A model generated the notes under the pieces. The model had not been told where the DNA came from. It did no database searches and worked only from the letters and a program-made list of their open reading frames with translations. A DNA stretch of 45,238 bases from Kiritimatiellia bacterium (GTDB lineage Bacteria > Verrucomicrobiota > Kiritimatiellia > RFP12 > UBA1067), in the NCBI GenBank assembly GCA_017525475.1, contig JAFXST010000010.1, positions 1 through 45,238 of the forward strand, in the 5' to 3' direction. How positions within the stretch are numbered: the first letter of the stretch is position 1; every line of letters begins with the position of its first letter. Both the position numbers and the translations under genes were made by a program. Positions 27,004-36,751 of this stretch are shown piece after piece.

Positions 27004-28352
27004 TTGCGGGTGCAGGTCTGGCCTTCGCGCGAATCCTTGACCGCGTAGCCGAGCGCGGCGATGGCGTCGCGCAGGCGGTCGGATTCGGCCCAGTTTTTGG
27101 CGGCGCGGGCCTGGGCGCGCTCCGCGAGCAGCTTTTCGACTTCCGCGGGGAGTTGTTCGGCCTCGCGCTTGCCGAAGAAAATTACGCCCAGCACCTTGTC
27201 CATCTTGCGGAACACCTCGAGGACCGGCCCGCCGTTATGCGCATTGGCGTCGCGCACGAGCGCGAAGAGCGCTGCGAACGCGCCGGGGAGATTGAGGTCG
27301 TCGTTGACGGCGGCGGCGAAAGCCTCGAGATGCTTGAGCGCCCAATCGGGCGCTTCGCCCTCGGTGCACTGCGCGACCGCCCGGTCGATGCGCTCGAGCG
27401 ACTTGCGCGCGTCCTCCAGCGCGCTGAAGGCGAAATTGAGGCCGCTGCGGTAGTGGGCGTTGACGAGCACGTAGCGAATTTCGCGGCCGGTCCAGCCCTT
27501 GTCGAGGAGATCGCGCAAGGTAAAGAAGTTGCCGGCCGACTTGGACATCTTTTCGCCGTTCACGCGCAGGTGCGCGCAGTGCATCCACGTGCGCACGAAC
27601 TCCTTGCCGGTGGCGGCCTCGGCCTGGGCGATTTCGTTTTCGTGGTGGGGGAAGAGGTTGTCGATGCCGCCCGTGTGGAGATAGAACGTTTCGCCCAGGT
27701 ACTTCATCGACATGGCCGAGCACTCGATGTGCCAGCCGGGGCGGCCTCTGCCCCAGGGGGAATCCCAGCCGACGGGGCCGTCGGACGCTTCCCACGCCTT
27801 CCAGAGCGCGAAGTCGCCCACGTTCTCCTTGTCGTATTCGTCGGCGGCGCACCTAAGTCCCGTGCGCTGGTTGTCGAAATCGATATGGGCGAGCTTGCCG
27901 TAGCCCGGGAACTCGCGCACCTTGAAATAGACCGAGCCGTCCTCGCTTTGGTAGGCGACGCCCTTCGCCATCAGCTTTTCGACGAGCGCGATCATCTCGG
28001 GGATGTGGTCGGTCGCGGCGGGATAGACCTCGGCCGGTTCGATATTGAGCTTTTTGAGGTCGGCGAAGAACGCGTCCTTGTAGGTCTTGGTGTAATCGGT
28101 TAGCGCCACCCCGGCGGCATTGGCGCCGCGGATCGTCTTGTCGTCCACGTCGGTAAGGTTCATGACCTGCTTGACCTTGAGGCCGTTGAACTCGATGGTG
28201 CGGCGCAAAACGTCCTCGAAGGCGTAGGCGCGGAAGTTGCCGATGTGGGCGAAATTGTAGACGGTGGGGCCGCAGGTGTAGAGCCTGATTTCGTCGCCCG
28301 TCAAGGGGCGGAGTTCTTCGAGCCGGCGGGTAAGGGAATTGTATACTTTCAT
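27000..28352 (-). CDS. cysS: Cysteine--tRNA ligase
   Basis: YTCGPTVY..HIGN, DFALWK, GRPGWHIECSAM, FPHHENE, KMSKS. Confidence 0.98.
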   Translation of the reverse strand: MKVYNSLTRRLEELRPLTGDEIRLYTCGPTVYNFAHIGNFRAYAFEDVLRRTIEFNGLKVKQVMNLTDVDDKTIRGANAAGVALTDYTKTYKDAFFADLKKLNIEPAEVYPAATDHIPEMIALVEKLMAKGVAYQSEDGSVYFKVREFPGYGKLAHIDFDNQRTGLRCAADEYDKENVGDFALWKAWEASDGPVGWDSPWGRGRPGWHIECSAMSMKYLGETFYLHTGGIDNLFPHHENEIAQAEAATGKEFVRTWMHCAHLRVNGEKMSKSAGNFFTLRDLLDKGWTGREIRYVLVNAHYRSGLNFAFSALEDARKSLERIDRAVAQCTEGEAPDWALKHLEAFAAAVNDDLNLPGAFAALFALVRDANAHNGGPVLEVFRKMDKVLGVIFFGKREAEQLPAEVEKLLAERAQARAAKNWAESDRLRDAIAALGYAVKDSREGQTCTRK

Positions 28353-29545
28353 TGGGTCAGCGATTTGCGGTATTTGTTGACGGTGCGGCGGGCGAACTTG
28401 AACCCCGCCGCCTGCATGAGATCGGCGATTTGCCGGTCGGAAAGTTGGCGTAGCTCCGGGTCGGCCAGAAGTTCCTGGAGCTTGGCGAGGGGAGCGGAGT
28501 CCTTGGCGGAAAAGAGGTCCCTCAGGCGCACCAGCCCGCAGGGCCCGCGCAGATACTTGCGCTCGGCCGCGCGCGAAACGGTGGAGACGCTGCACCTGGC
28601 GGCGACGGCCACTTCCTTCATCTTGAGCGGCTTGAGCGCGCCGCGGCGCATCACGAAATCGCGCTGGCGCTCGACCACGGCGTTGGCGATAAGCTCGAGC
28701 GTCTCGAAGCGCTTGGCCACGGCCGCCTGGAGTTCCTGCACGTGCTCGACCATATCGCGGGCGTAGGCGCGCACGTCGTCCGCCAAAGTGTCGTCGCCGG
28801 CCATGGCCACGTAGGCGGGCGAAAGCTTGAGCGTGGGGATGGTGCCGTGCTCCACGGCCACCCGCCCTTGGCTATCCACCAGGATGTCGGGCACGATGTA
28901 GCCGGGCTTGGCCGCGCTATAGCGCGCGCCGGGCTTGGCGTCGAGGCAGGCGAGGAGCTTGGCGGCCAAGAGCCGCGTATCCGGCTTGAGCTCGGCCGTG
29001 CCCGCGAGGACCTGGTCGATCTCGGCGATCACCGCGCGCGCGGCCTCGCGATCGTGCCGGGGGACTTTGCCGAGCTGGGCGAGATAGCATTCGGCGAGCG
29101 TCCGCGCGCCGCAACCGGGCGGATCCAGCGTCATCACGAGCGCGCGGGCCTTTTCGCCCTCCGCGTCGAGGTCGTCGCCGGCGTAGCGGCCGTTCTCGTC
29201 CAAGGAGCCGATGATTTCGATGGCCTTTTCGCGCAGCTTACCCTCGGCGCCCGACAGCTCCAGCTCGCGCGAGAGATGTTCGAACAGCGTCTCCTCGGCC
29301 TGCAGCTTCTCGAAGGCGAAGGCGTTGTCGCCCGCGAGCGAGGCGGCGCGGTCGGGGCGCCAGCCGGGAGGCAGCTCGAAGCGGCAGTCGGCCAGCGCCG
29401 GGTTGGTCTCCACCTGCTTGCGGATTTCCTCGTGCAGATCCTTGATGGGCAGGCGCAGGAAGTTGAGCCCCATCCACATTTTGTAGTTGAGGCGCATCGT
29501 CGGGCGCTGCTCCAGCGCCGCGCGCGAGACGATCTTCAGCGCCAT
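28349..29545 (-). CDS. rpoN: RNA polymerase sigma-54 factor (compact, divergent)
   Basis: NPAL, LDPPGCGARTLAEC..QL, YIVPDI, LKPLKMKEVA..STVSR..KY, LSD..I, RpoN box ARRTVNKYR. Confidence 0.88.
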   Translation of the reverse strand: MALKIVSRAALEQRPTMRLNYKMWMGLNFLRLPIKDLHEEIRKQVETNPALADCRFELPPGWRPDRAASLAGDNAFAFEKLQAEETLFEHLSRELELSGAEGKLREKAIEIIGSLDENGRYAGDDLDAEGEKARALVMTLDPPGCGARTLAECYLAQLGKVPRHDREAARAVIAEIDQVLAGTAELKPDTRLLAAKLLACLDAKPGARYSAAKPGYIVPDILVDSQGRVAVEHGTIPTLKLSPAYVAMAGDDTLADDVRAYARDMVEHVQELQAAVAKRFETLELIANAVVERQRDFVMRRGALKPLKMKEVAVAARCSVSTVSRAAERKYLRGPCGLVRLRDLFSAKDSAPLAKLQELLADPELRQLSDRQIADLMQAAGFKFARRTVNKYRKSLTQ

Positions 29546-29874
29546 TTTGACTTTTTCTCCTGGGCTTGCGACTCGGCGTGGCGCTCGGTGACGAGCACCG
29601 GGCGGGTATAGCCGTTGGCCGCGAGATACCCCATGAGCATGCGGGCGGGCCGCAAATCGGTGACGTCCTTGTCGATGCGGATGTGGATCACCCGCTCGAC
29701 CGGCACTTCCATGTCCTGCAGCGTCTCGAGGATGGACTTGGCCGAGGCCGGCTTGTTGTTGACGTAGAAACCGGTGGTCTTGACCTCGATGGAGGGATGC
29801 TTGGCGTCGAGCTCCAGCGTGTTGGCGGTTACGCAACCGGCCAGCAGCAGCAGTATGGCGGCGAACTTACGCAC
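29536..29874 (-). CDS. Lipoprotein, ExbD/TolR periplasmic-domain-like
   Basis: MRK-hydrophobic-LAGC lipobox; IHIRIDKDV..LM..L..GY..PVLVT pattern. Confidence 0.7.
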   Translation of the reverse strand: MRKFAAILLLLAGCVTANTLELDAKHPSIEVKTTGFYVNNKPASAKSILETLQDMEVPVERVIHIRIDKDVTDLRPARMLMGYLAANGYTRPVLVTERHAESQAQEKKSKWR

Positions 29875-30610
29875 GCGACAGGAGAAGTTGTTCCACCCGG
29901 ACGGCGTCCTCGGGGGTGTCCACCCCGATGCCTTCGTCCTCGGTGCGGACGATCGCGATCTTGGCGCCCATGTAGAGCGCGCGCAGCTGCTCGAGCTTCT
30001 CGGTCTTTTCGAGCGCGCACTGATCCTCGCGGATGTACTTTTTGAGGAAGCCGCCCCGGTAGGCGTAGATGCCGAGGTGCCGCACGTAGAGCCCCGAGGC
30101 GAGATCGGCCTCGCGGTCGCGGTCGCACGGGATGGGGGCGCGGGAGAAGTAGAGCGCCATGTCGTTGGCGTCCATCACCACCTTGACCACCGTCTTGGCG
30201 TTGTAGTCGGCGAGCGTCCGGATGGGGGTTACGGCCGTGGCCATGGCGACCTCGGGATTGTCCCGGAGCTTGCCGACCAAGGCGTCGATGAGCGCGGGGT
30301 CGATCAGGGGCTCGTCGCCCTGGATGTTGACGAGAATGTCGTCGTCGGCGAAGTCGCCCGCCGCGCAGGCGATGCGATCGGTGCCGGAGGGCAGTTCCGA
30401 GGGCGTCATCGCCGCCCGGCCGCCGTGCGCCTCCACCGCCTGCACGATGCGTTCGTCGTCGGTGGCGACCAGCACTTCGTCGAGCGTCTTGGCCTTCTTG
30501 ACCGCCTCCACCACCCAGGCGACAAGGGGCTTGCCCGCCAGCATGGCGAGCGGCTTGCCGGGGAACCGGCTGGAGCCGAAACGGCTAGGGATTATTCCGT
30601 AGGTCTTCAT
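29867..30610 (-). CDS. kdsB: 3-deoxy-manno-octulosonate cytidylyltransferase
   Basis: IIPSRFGSSRFPGKPL, SGTDR, NIQGDEP, YFSRAPIP, HLGIYAY, EKLEQLRAL, GVDTPED. Confidence 0.97.
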   Translation of the reverse strand: MKTYGIIPSRFGSSRFPGKPLAMLAGKPLVAWVVEAVKKAKTLDEVLVATDDERIVQAVEAHGGRAAMTPSELPSGTDRIACAAGDFADDDILVNIQGDEPLIDPALIDALVGKLRDNPEVAMATAVTPIRTLADYNAKTVVKVVMDANDMALYFSRAPIPCDRDREADLASGLYVRHLGIYAYRGGFLKKYIREDQCALEKTEKLEQLRALYMGAKIAIVRTEDEGIGVDTPEDAVRVEQLLLSRA

Positions 30611-32684
30611 TTGCCTCCACCTTTACTTTCATGAAAAAGATTCTGCGGTAGATCTCGATGCGGCGCAGCTGGCGCTCGAGCGACCATATGACGAACCGCC
30701 ACTTGCGGGCGAAGTTGAAGTGCCGCGGCAGGCGCGGATCGAAATTCTCGAAGCGTTCGCGCATGGTCGAGAGCTGCCAGGCCATGGCCTGCGTGCGGAA
30801 TTCGAAGCCCTCCATGAAGCGCTCGGCGAGGTCGTGCATGCCGACCTTGTGCTTGCGCTGGAACAGCTTGAGGCTGTGCGCGTAGAACCCCATGTAGTAG
30901 TTGGCCATGTTGCGCAGATTGTCGTCGGTGAAGTCGAGGCACGGCCAGCCGAACGCCCCGCGGATCGAGCACGTGGCCACCGCCTTGGGCATGATACGCT
31001 GCTGCATGTTGTTGTATTCGAACTCGTAGATTTCCTTCTCGCCGAAGAGCGGCGTTTCGGTGGCGGGGTCGAACTTCTTCATCACCATGTTCTGCGCCGC
31101 GGCGTCGCCCATCAGCATGGCGAGCGCCAGCACGGCCTCGGTCTCCTCCACGTTGGAATCCTCCATGGAGGTGAAGTAGTTGGTGGGGATCGACTCCACC
31201 GGCTCGCCCTCGCAGCGCGAGCGGATGTAGTAGTCGAGCGGGCGGCCGTTGAATTCGCCCCGGCGCCTCAGGAGCATGTACCACGGCAGGTTGACCCCCA
31301 GCGCCTTCAAGGCGCCGATGCGCGCGATCACGTACTGCCCGTAGCCGCGCTGGCGCTGGGTGATGCGCTTTTCGATGAGCGAGGCCTGCAACGGGCGGAC
31401 GTTGGTGGTGTACACCACCTCGCGCGTCTTGCCGCACCCCACCTTGACCTCGGTTTCGTCGCCCTTGGTGTGGAGCTCGTAGACGTTGACCGAGGTGAGG
31501 ATCTCATCCTTGGAGAGGATGATGCGCAGGTTGGAAATGAGGATCTTGGTGCGGTCGTCGATGCCGGGATGGAACGTGGGCACGCCGTTGACGTAGGTGG
31601 CGCCAGGCAGCGCGGTGCGCCGGTCGTCGAAGGCGAGCGACGAGCCGTCGCCCACCACCGAGTAGATCTCGCCCGAGACGTGCATGTACAAGGCCTCGAT
31701 GAAGGCGTGCGAATTTTCGTCGCTGAACTCCGGCTGGGTCAAAAGCGACTCGTAGAGGCTCACGATGCCGCCGATGCGCTTGACGATATGGTCCTGCGCG
31801 ATCTTGGCGATGACGATCGACTCCATGAGCTTGTCGAGCTCCGGGACGATGCGGTCCATGCCCACGCCGCGCGCGAGGCCGAAGAGCTCGATCTCGTGGT
31901 GGCCGCGGTACTTGGGCATGCGCACGAACGAGTAGCGGTTGCCCTCGTGCACCGCCACCATTTCCTTGAGCGCCTCCACGAACTTGGGCAGCTTCTCCGG
32001 GTCGGCGGCGAGCGCGGCGAACTTCTTGAACTCGGGGAAGGTGAGGAAGTGCACGCCGCGCGAAGAGTGGTAGTACCTCAGTTTGCTCGCGATGCGCTTC
32101 TTGGACGCTTCGAGCGCGAGCTTCATGCCCGACTCGGTCCAGGCGAGCGGCTTGACGCGCCACTCCTGCCCCAGGGCGCGGTAATGGTCGAGCGTGATCT
32201 CGTTGCGGTCGAGCATGATAATGTCGTTTAGCGCGAAATCGCCGACCTTGAGGAGCCATTCGTCCGAGAGGAACAGCTGTTTGCTCGCGACGTCGCGCTG
32301 GGAGATCTCGAGGACGTCGTTGACGATGTTGGCGCACAGGACGTGCTTCATGAGCGCCTCTTCGCGCTGCTCGGGCTTGAGATGCGACAGCCGCCAGAAC
32401 CGCCCGTCAAGGACGGGGAAGGCCGCCACCGAATGGTTGCCGGTGGTGACCGTCATCACCATGCCCTTCTGGCGCCGGGTGAGGTACTCCTTGGGGATGA
32501 TCAGGACCGAGGGCCTGACGGACAGGTGATTGTGGATGCCGTCTTCGAGGATGAAAGTATCCTCGCCGATGTCGTAGGCCTTGAATTTGCGCTCCCGGCC
32601 CATGGCCACGGTCTTGACCACGGTACTGCGGCGCGTGCCGGTTTTGCGGATGCGCGCGAGGAACGAGCGGTAGCGTCTACCCAT
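30585..32684 (-). CDS. Hypothetical protein, 699 aa
   Basis: Long ORF with strong GC3 bias that fills the operon gap exactly and overlaps both neighbours; no family recognised. Confidence 0.8.
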   Translation of the reverse strand: MGRRYRSFLARIRKTGTRRSTVVKTVAMGRERKFKAYDIGEDTFILEDGIHNHLSVRPSVLIIPKEYLTRRQKGMVMTVTTGNHSVAAFPVLDGRFWRLSHLKPEQREEALMKHVLCANIVNDVLEISQRDVASKQLFLSDEWLLKVGDFALNDIIMLDRNEITLDHYRALGQEWRVKPLAWTESGMKLALEASKKRIASKLRYYHSSRGVHFLTFPEFKKFAALAADPEKLPKFVEALKEMVAVHEGNRYSFVRMPKYRGHHEIELFGLARGVGMDRIVPELDKLMESIVIAKIAQDHIVKRIGGIVSLYESLLTQPEFSDENSHAFIEALYMHVSGEIYSVVGDGSSLAFDDRRTALPGATYVNGVPTFHPGIDDRTKILISNLRIILSKDEILTSVNVYELHTKGDETEVKVGCGKTREVVYTTNVRPLQASLIEKRITQRQRGYGQYVIARIGALKALGVNLPWYMLLRRRGEFNGRPLDYYIRSRCEGEPVESIPTNYFTSMEDSNVEETEAVLALAMLMGDAAAQNMVMKKFDPATETPLFGEKEIYEFEYNNMQQRIMPKAVATCSIRGAFGWPCLDFTDDNLRNMANYYMGFYAHSLKLFQRKHKVGMHDLAERFMEGFEFRTQAMAWQLSTMRERFENFDPRLPRHFNFARKWRFVIWSLERQLRRIEIYRRIFFMKVKVEANEDLRNNP

Positions 32685-34311
32685 GATGGTGCTCCCCGCA
32701 ACGGCAATGGCCGCCGTGATGGTGGTGGCGGGCGTGCTCCTTGGCGATCAAAGTTTCGGCAAATCCCGCCAGCGCGTCCATGCCGGCCTCGTCGGCGACT
32801 TCGAGGAGGTTGACGAGCGCAGGTTCGACGTACTTGCAAAAGCCGTGCTGCCCCACCGAGGCGAGCCGCCCGTAGGCCCCGAGGCACTGGACGAGCCGCT
32901 GGCAGGCGGCATAGGGGAGCGCCTTCAAGATGCCGTCGTTGCCCGAGGCCTTGGCGTAGAGTTTGGCGAGCGCGCGCCGCTCGCCCGCGCCGAGTTCGAT
33001 ATAGGGATCGTACAGGAGCGAGGCGAGGTCGTAGGCGGCCGGGCCCTTGCGCATGCCTTGGTAGTCGATGATCGCCAGCTTGCCCTCGCCATCCCAGAGG
33101 ATGTTGGTGGACTGGAAATCCCGGTGGACGAGCGCGAGCGGCAGTTTGGAGAGGAACTCCGCGATCTGCCCGAGCTCCGCCGCCACCGCAGGCGGCATTT
33201 CCAGAAGAAAGCGCGAGTTGAGGCAGTGCTCGGCGAAAAGACTATGCTCCCAGGTGTAGAGCTCGCGGTCGAACGGCTTTTCGAGTTCGAGTTCGCCCGT
33301 ATCGAGCGCGTTGAACTTGGCGAGCGTCTCCACCACCTTGACGTAGCGCTCCAGGGTAAAGCCGCTTTCGCCGGCGTAGCCGAGGGCAAGCGTCTTGTCG
33401 GCGGGCAAATCGAGCTTTAACTCGGGCACCGGAATGCCGGCGGCCGCCAAGAAGCGGGTATGCCCGGCGTAGCGGGCGTTTTCGGGCCGCTTGGCGTCGT
33501 CGTAGACGATGATCACGCTGTTGCCGGTGCGGAAGAAGCAGCGGTCGGAGCCGCGCGCGCCCAGGAATTTCAGGCCTGTCAGATCGAGCCCCACCGCGGC
33601 CGCCTTGGCGAGCTGCGGAATGGCGGCGAAGGCGTTGTCGCCCTGATCCTCGTTGACCGCCATATAGGATTCGATCGTGCCCGCGTCGGTCCACAGGAGG
33701 CCGTCGAGTTCCTCGGCCTTGACGAATTTGCCGTCCATCATGGCTTTTTCGTAGGCCTCGATGATCGACGAAAAGCCCGCGGGCGCGACATAGTCCAAAA
33801 TCCCGTTCTTGAGCGCCGCGATACCAAGATAGGTATAGGTGCCGTTGTAGCCGGGATCGGGGCTTTTCCAGCAGGTTACGAAGCCGCTTTCGGGCTCGAC
33901 TTCGACGGTGCGCGGCCCGAGCGTGGAGCTGACGAGCGCCGTGCCGATGCTACCTTCGGGTATCTTGGGTTGCCACTTTTCGAGGCCGTCCACCACGATA
34001 TCGCCGTTGACGAGATAGAAGTCGTCGCCCGCGAGCCACTCGCGGAGCGGATTCAATACGCCGCCCGTGCCCAAAATCTCGGTCTCGAAACTGGTCCGGC
34101 AGCCGTTCGCGGCCGCCCACACGTCGACCTGCTCGTGCAGGTAGTGGCTGTTGACCGCGATTTCCTCGACGCCCAGCGCCTTGAGCGCGGCGACGATGCG
34201 CGCAACCATCGGCTCGCCCCAGACCGGCATCATCGGCTTGGGCACGGCGCAGGTGAAGGGCCTCAGGCGCGTACCGAGCCCGGCGGCCAGGACTACGGCT
34301 TTCTTGATCAT
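32677..34311 (-). CDS. Fused sugar-phosphate nucleotidyltransferase (MurU-like) + APH-family phosphotransferase (AmgK-like)
   Basis: N-terminal LAAGLGTRLRP.T..PKP, ILGTGG, NGD; C-terminal GSDRCFFR, HRDFQSTNI, IDYQG, YDLASLL.DPY. Confidence 0.88.
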   Translation of the reverse strand: MIKKAVVLAAGLGTRLRPFTCAVPKPMMPVWGEPMVARIVAALKALGVEEIAVNSHYLHEQVDVWAAANGCRTSFETEILGTGGVLNPLREWLAGDDFYLVNGDIVVDGLEKWQPKIPEGSIGTALVSSTLGPRTVEVEPESGFVTCWKSPDPGYNGTYTYLGIAALKNGILDYVAPAGFSSIIEAYEKAMMDGKFVKAEELDGLLWTDAGTIESYMAVNEDQGDNAFAAIPQLAKAAAVGLDLTGLKFLGARGSDRCFFRTGNSVIIVYDDAKRPENARYAGHTRFLAAAGIPVPELKLDLPADKTLALGYAGESGFTLERYVKVVETLAKFNALDTGELELEKPFDRELYTWEHSLFAEHCLNSRFLLEMPPAVAAELGQIAEFLSKLPLALVHRDFQSTNILWDGEGKLAIIDYQGMRKGPAAYDLASLLYDPYIELGAGERRALAKLYAKASGNDGILKALPYAACQRLVQCLGAYGRLASVGQHGFCKYVEPALVNLLEVADEAGMDALAGFAETLIAKEHARHHHHGGHCRCGEHHHG

Positions 34312-35117
34312 CGATACTGGATATGCTGGCGCGGATTGCGGTACTTGGGTTCCTCGAGGTAGAGCGAATACCACTGGTCGCCGAGCCCGCTGTTGCTGAA
34401 GTGCGCCGTCTTGTTGTTCATCAAAAGTTCGTGATTGCGCTTCAAGGTGGCGTCGTCCGACTTCTTGAGCGCCTCGGTCAGGGTTTTGAAGGCGCCGTCG
34501 AAATCCTGGCGCTGCACCTGCATCCACGACATGGCGGCGGCGACAAGCACGTTGCCGTTGTAGCCCGAGCGCCGTACGGCCTTGCGGTAGACCTTGGCGA
34601 TTTCGTCGAGGCCGGCGCCGTTCATGTACAGATGCGCCATCTTGATGGCGGCCATGGTGGGGTCGACGACCATCGCCTTGGGCATCAGCCGGTCGACCGT
34701 CTTGAACTCCTTGATCATCCAGTTGAGCTGCAGCTGGGCGGTGGCGATCTGCCGGTCGATGAGCGGCACCCAGAAGCGGTACTTGCGCAGCGTTTCCGTC
34801 TCGGCGATGGCCTCGCGCACGAACACCTTGGTGTCTTCGAACATTTCCTTCTGCGCCGCCTTCATGGACGACGGCGGGCGGGTCTGCCAGCGTTGCGTCT
34901 TTTCCTTGAGCTTGCGCTGGCCGGCTTCGAGGATGCGCTGGACCTTGGCCATGTCGGCCTTGACCTTGCGCTGCAGCACGAACCCGAGCCCCATCTGCGC
35001 GACGAGCAAGGCCGCCGCGCCCGCGAACACCGACCATCCCCGGCCGAAATCGAGGCCGTAGAACGCCCCCAGATACGCCAGCGCGCCGGCGAGAACCGCA
35101 ATTGCGAAAATTATCAT
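34308..35117 (-). CDS. Hypothetical membrane protein (2 N-terminal TM + helical/TPR-like domain)
   Basis: Two hydrophobic segments, then an amphipathic helical region; ATGA overlaps on both sides. Confidence 0.75.
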   Translation of the reverse strand: MIIFAIAVLAGALAYLGAFYGLDFGRGWSVFAGAAALLVAQMGLGFVLQRKVKADMAKVQRILEAGQRKLKEKTQRWQTRPPSSMKAAQKEMFEDTKVFVREAIAETETLRKYRFWVPLIDRQIATAQLQLNWMIKEFKTVDRLMPKAMVVDPTMAAIKMAHLYMNGAGLDEIAKVYRKAVRRSGYNGNVLVAAAMSWMQVQRQDFDGAFKTLTEALKKSDDATLKRNHELLMNNKTAHFSNSGLGDQWYSLYLEEPKYRNPRQHIQYR

Positions 35118-36751
35118 TTCCTGGTCTTTCTTTCGATTTCGACTTCGGTATCGAAGTCCTTGACGATGTTTTGCGCCATCTGCATGCCGCCCAGCGGCAG
35201 GCGCACGAAGCCTTCGTAGGCCTTGTCGCCCGCGAGTCCCTTGAGCGAGAACGCCACGGACTCGGGCTCGCCCTTGACACGCCCGATGATGTCCACGCTG
35301 TTGCCCTTGTAGAGGTTGCGGAGCAGGGTCGGGTAGGCCTCCGCCTCGGTGTCGGCGGCGAACACCACGCGCAGGTCGGTGAGGACCGGCTGCTTGAAGC
35401 GGTCGGAGAAGCCGTCGATGTCGTCGCCCGCGAACGCGCGGTCGCGGAAGAAGCCTTCGCGGTAGATCATCGACTCGCCGCGGTTGCCGCGGGTCAGCAC
35501 GTCGATGAGCTCGCGGTTGGCGCTGCGCTTGACGCCGTACATGTAGACGGAGATGAGCCCGTCGTTGAGCGCGGAGAACTGCGAGAGGATCTGCGCCGTC
35601 TGGGAAACGCCGGCGTTGGCGTCGCCGTCGGTGATGACGAGCGCGATGATCGGCCGCTTGGGGTCGCGCGGCAGCGTGAGCACCGAGCGGATCACCGAGA
35701 AGACGTCGGTCCAGCCGTGCAGGACGCGGTTGTCGATCCACTTTTCGGCGGCGTTGAAGCTATTGAGATTGCAGTCCTGCCAGGACGTGAAGGCGTACTG
35801 GAACTTGTCGCTGAACGCCACCACGTTGAAGCGATCGCCGGTGTTGGTGCCGTGGACGATGAGGCGCTTGATCGCATCCTTGACCGAACTCAGACGGTCG
35901 CGGCCGACCGAAGGCGAGGTATCGATGAGGATGACGATATCCTTGGGCACGATCGGCAAATCCGGCTTGGGCGTGAGCGTGACCCTGAAGTAGGTGTAGC
36001 CGTCCTTGACCTGCCGGAACGAAGCGAAGTCCACCGCCTCGGAGATTTCGATGGCCTCGTAGGAGTCGATAAGCTCCTTGACCGCCGATTTTTCCTGTTC
36101 GACCAGCGCTTCGTCGACTTCGGGCGCGACGAATTCGGCGGGGGTGAACTCGGGCTGCTTGTCCTTGACCAGCTTCTCCGGCTCCGACTCCTCGGCCGAC
36201 GAAAGCGACTCCTCCACCACCTCGAAATCGGGGGCCACGTCCTCGGGCGCCTCGACGGGATCGGTCTCCATGGCCAGCTCGATCTTGGGCGTGGGCTCGG
36301 CCTTGAACTCGGGCGGCTCGAAATACGCCCGCATCTCCACCGTCTGCTTGCCGGGCGAGAAGACGATCGGCGCCGACTCGAATACGGCCGGGGCCTCGAG
36401 GACGCGGTAGTTCTCGACCTCCCGGGTGACTTCGCCGGGCTCGGGCGCGGTCAGTTCGGCGTTTTCGTCGAGCGGGATGTGGTTCATGGTGCTCAGGGCC
36501 GAAAGCTTGAGGAGTTCCTCCTCGTTGATTTCGGGGGCGTCCTTCTTGGCCTGCTCGTCGTCCATGAGGCTCATCTCGGTGAGGTCGCCTTCGGGCACCT
36601 CCTCGCGCTTGACGGTATTGACGTGGCGGCTGACGCGGGCGAGCCCGCGGGCCACCGAAGTCATCACCTTGGGGCGCGCCCAGATCATCACGGCGATGTG
36701 CACGACGATCGAGACGATCAGCGCCACCAGCAGCACGTCCCTGCGGCTCAT
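35114..36751 (-). CDS. Membrane-anchored VWA-domain protein with TonB-like N-terminus
   Basis: TM with SIVVH; E/P-rich linker; VWA MIDAS IDTSPS..T..ITDGD. Confidence 0.88.
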   Translation of the reverse strand: MSRRDVLLVALIVSIVVHIAVMIWARPKVMTSVARGLARVSRHVNTVKREEVPEGDLTEMSLMDDEQAKKDAPEINEEELLKLSALSTMNHIPLDENAELTAPEPGEVTREVENYRVLEAPAVFESAPIVFSPGKQTVEMRAYFEPPEFKAEPTPKIELAMETDPVEAPEDVAPDFEVVEESLSSAEESEPEKLVKDKQPEFTPAEFVAPEVDEALVEQEKSAVKELIDSYEAIEISEAVDFASFRQVKDGYTYFRVTLTPKPDLPIVPKDIVILIDTSPSVGRDRLSSVKDAIKRLIVHGTNTGDRFNVVAFSDKFQYAFTSWQDCNLNSFNAAEKWIDNRVLHGWTDVFSVIRSVLTLPRDPKRPIIALVITDGDANAGVSQTAQILSQFSALNDGLISVYMYGVKRSANRELIDVLTRGNRGESMIYREGFFRDRAFAGDDIDGFSDRFKQPVLTDLRVVFAADTEAEAYPTLLRNLYKGNSVDIIGRVKGEPESVAFSLKGLAGDKAYEGFVRLPLGGMQMAQNIVKDFDTEVEIERKTRK

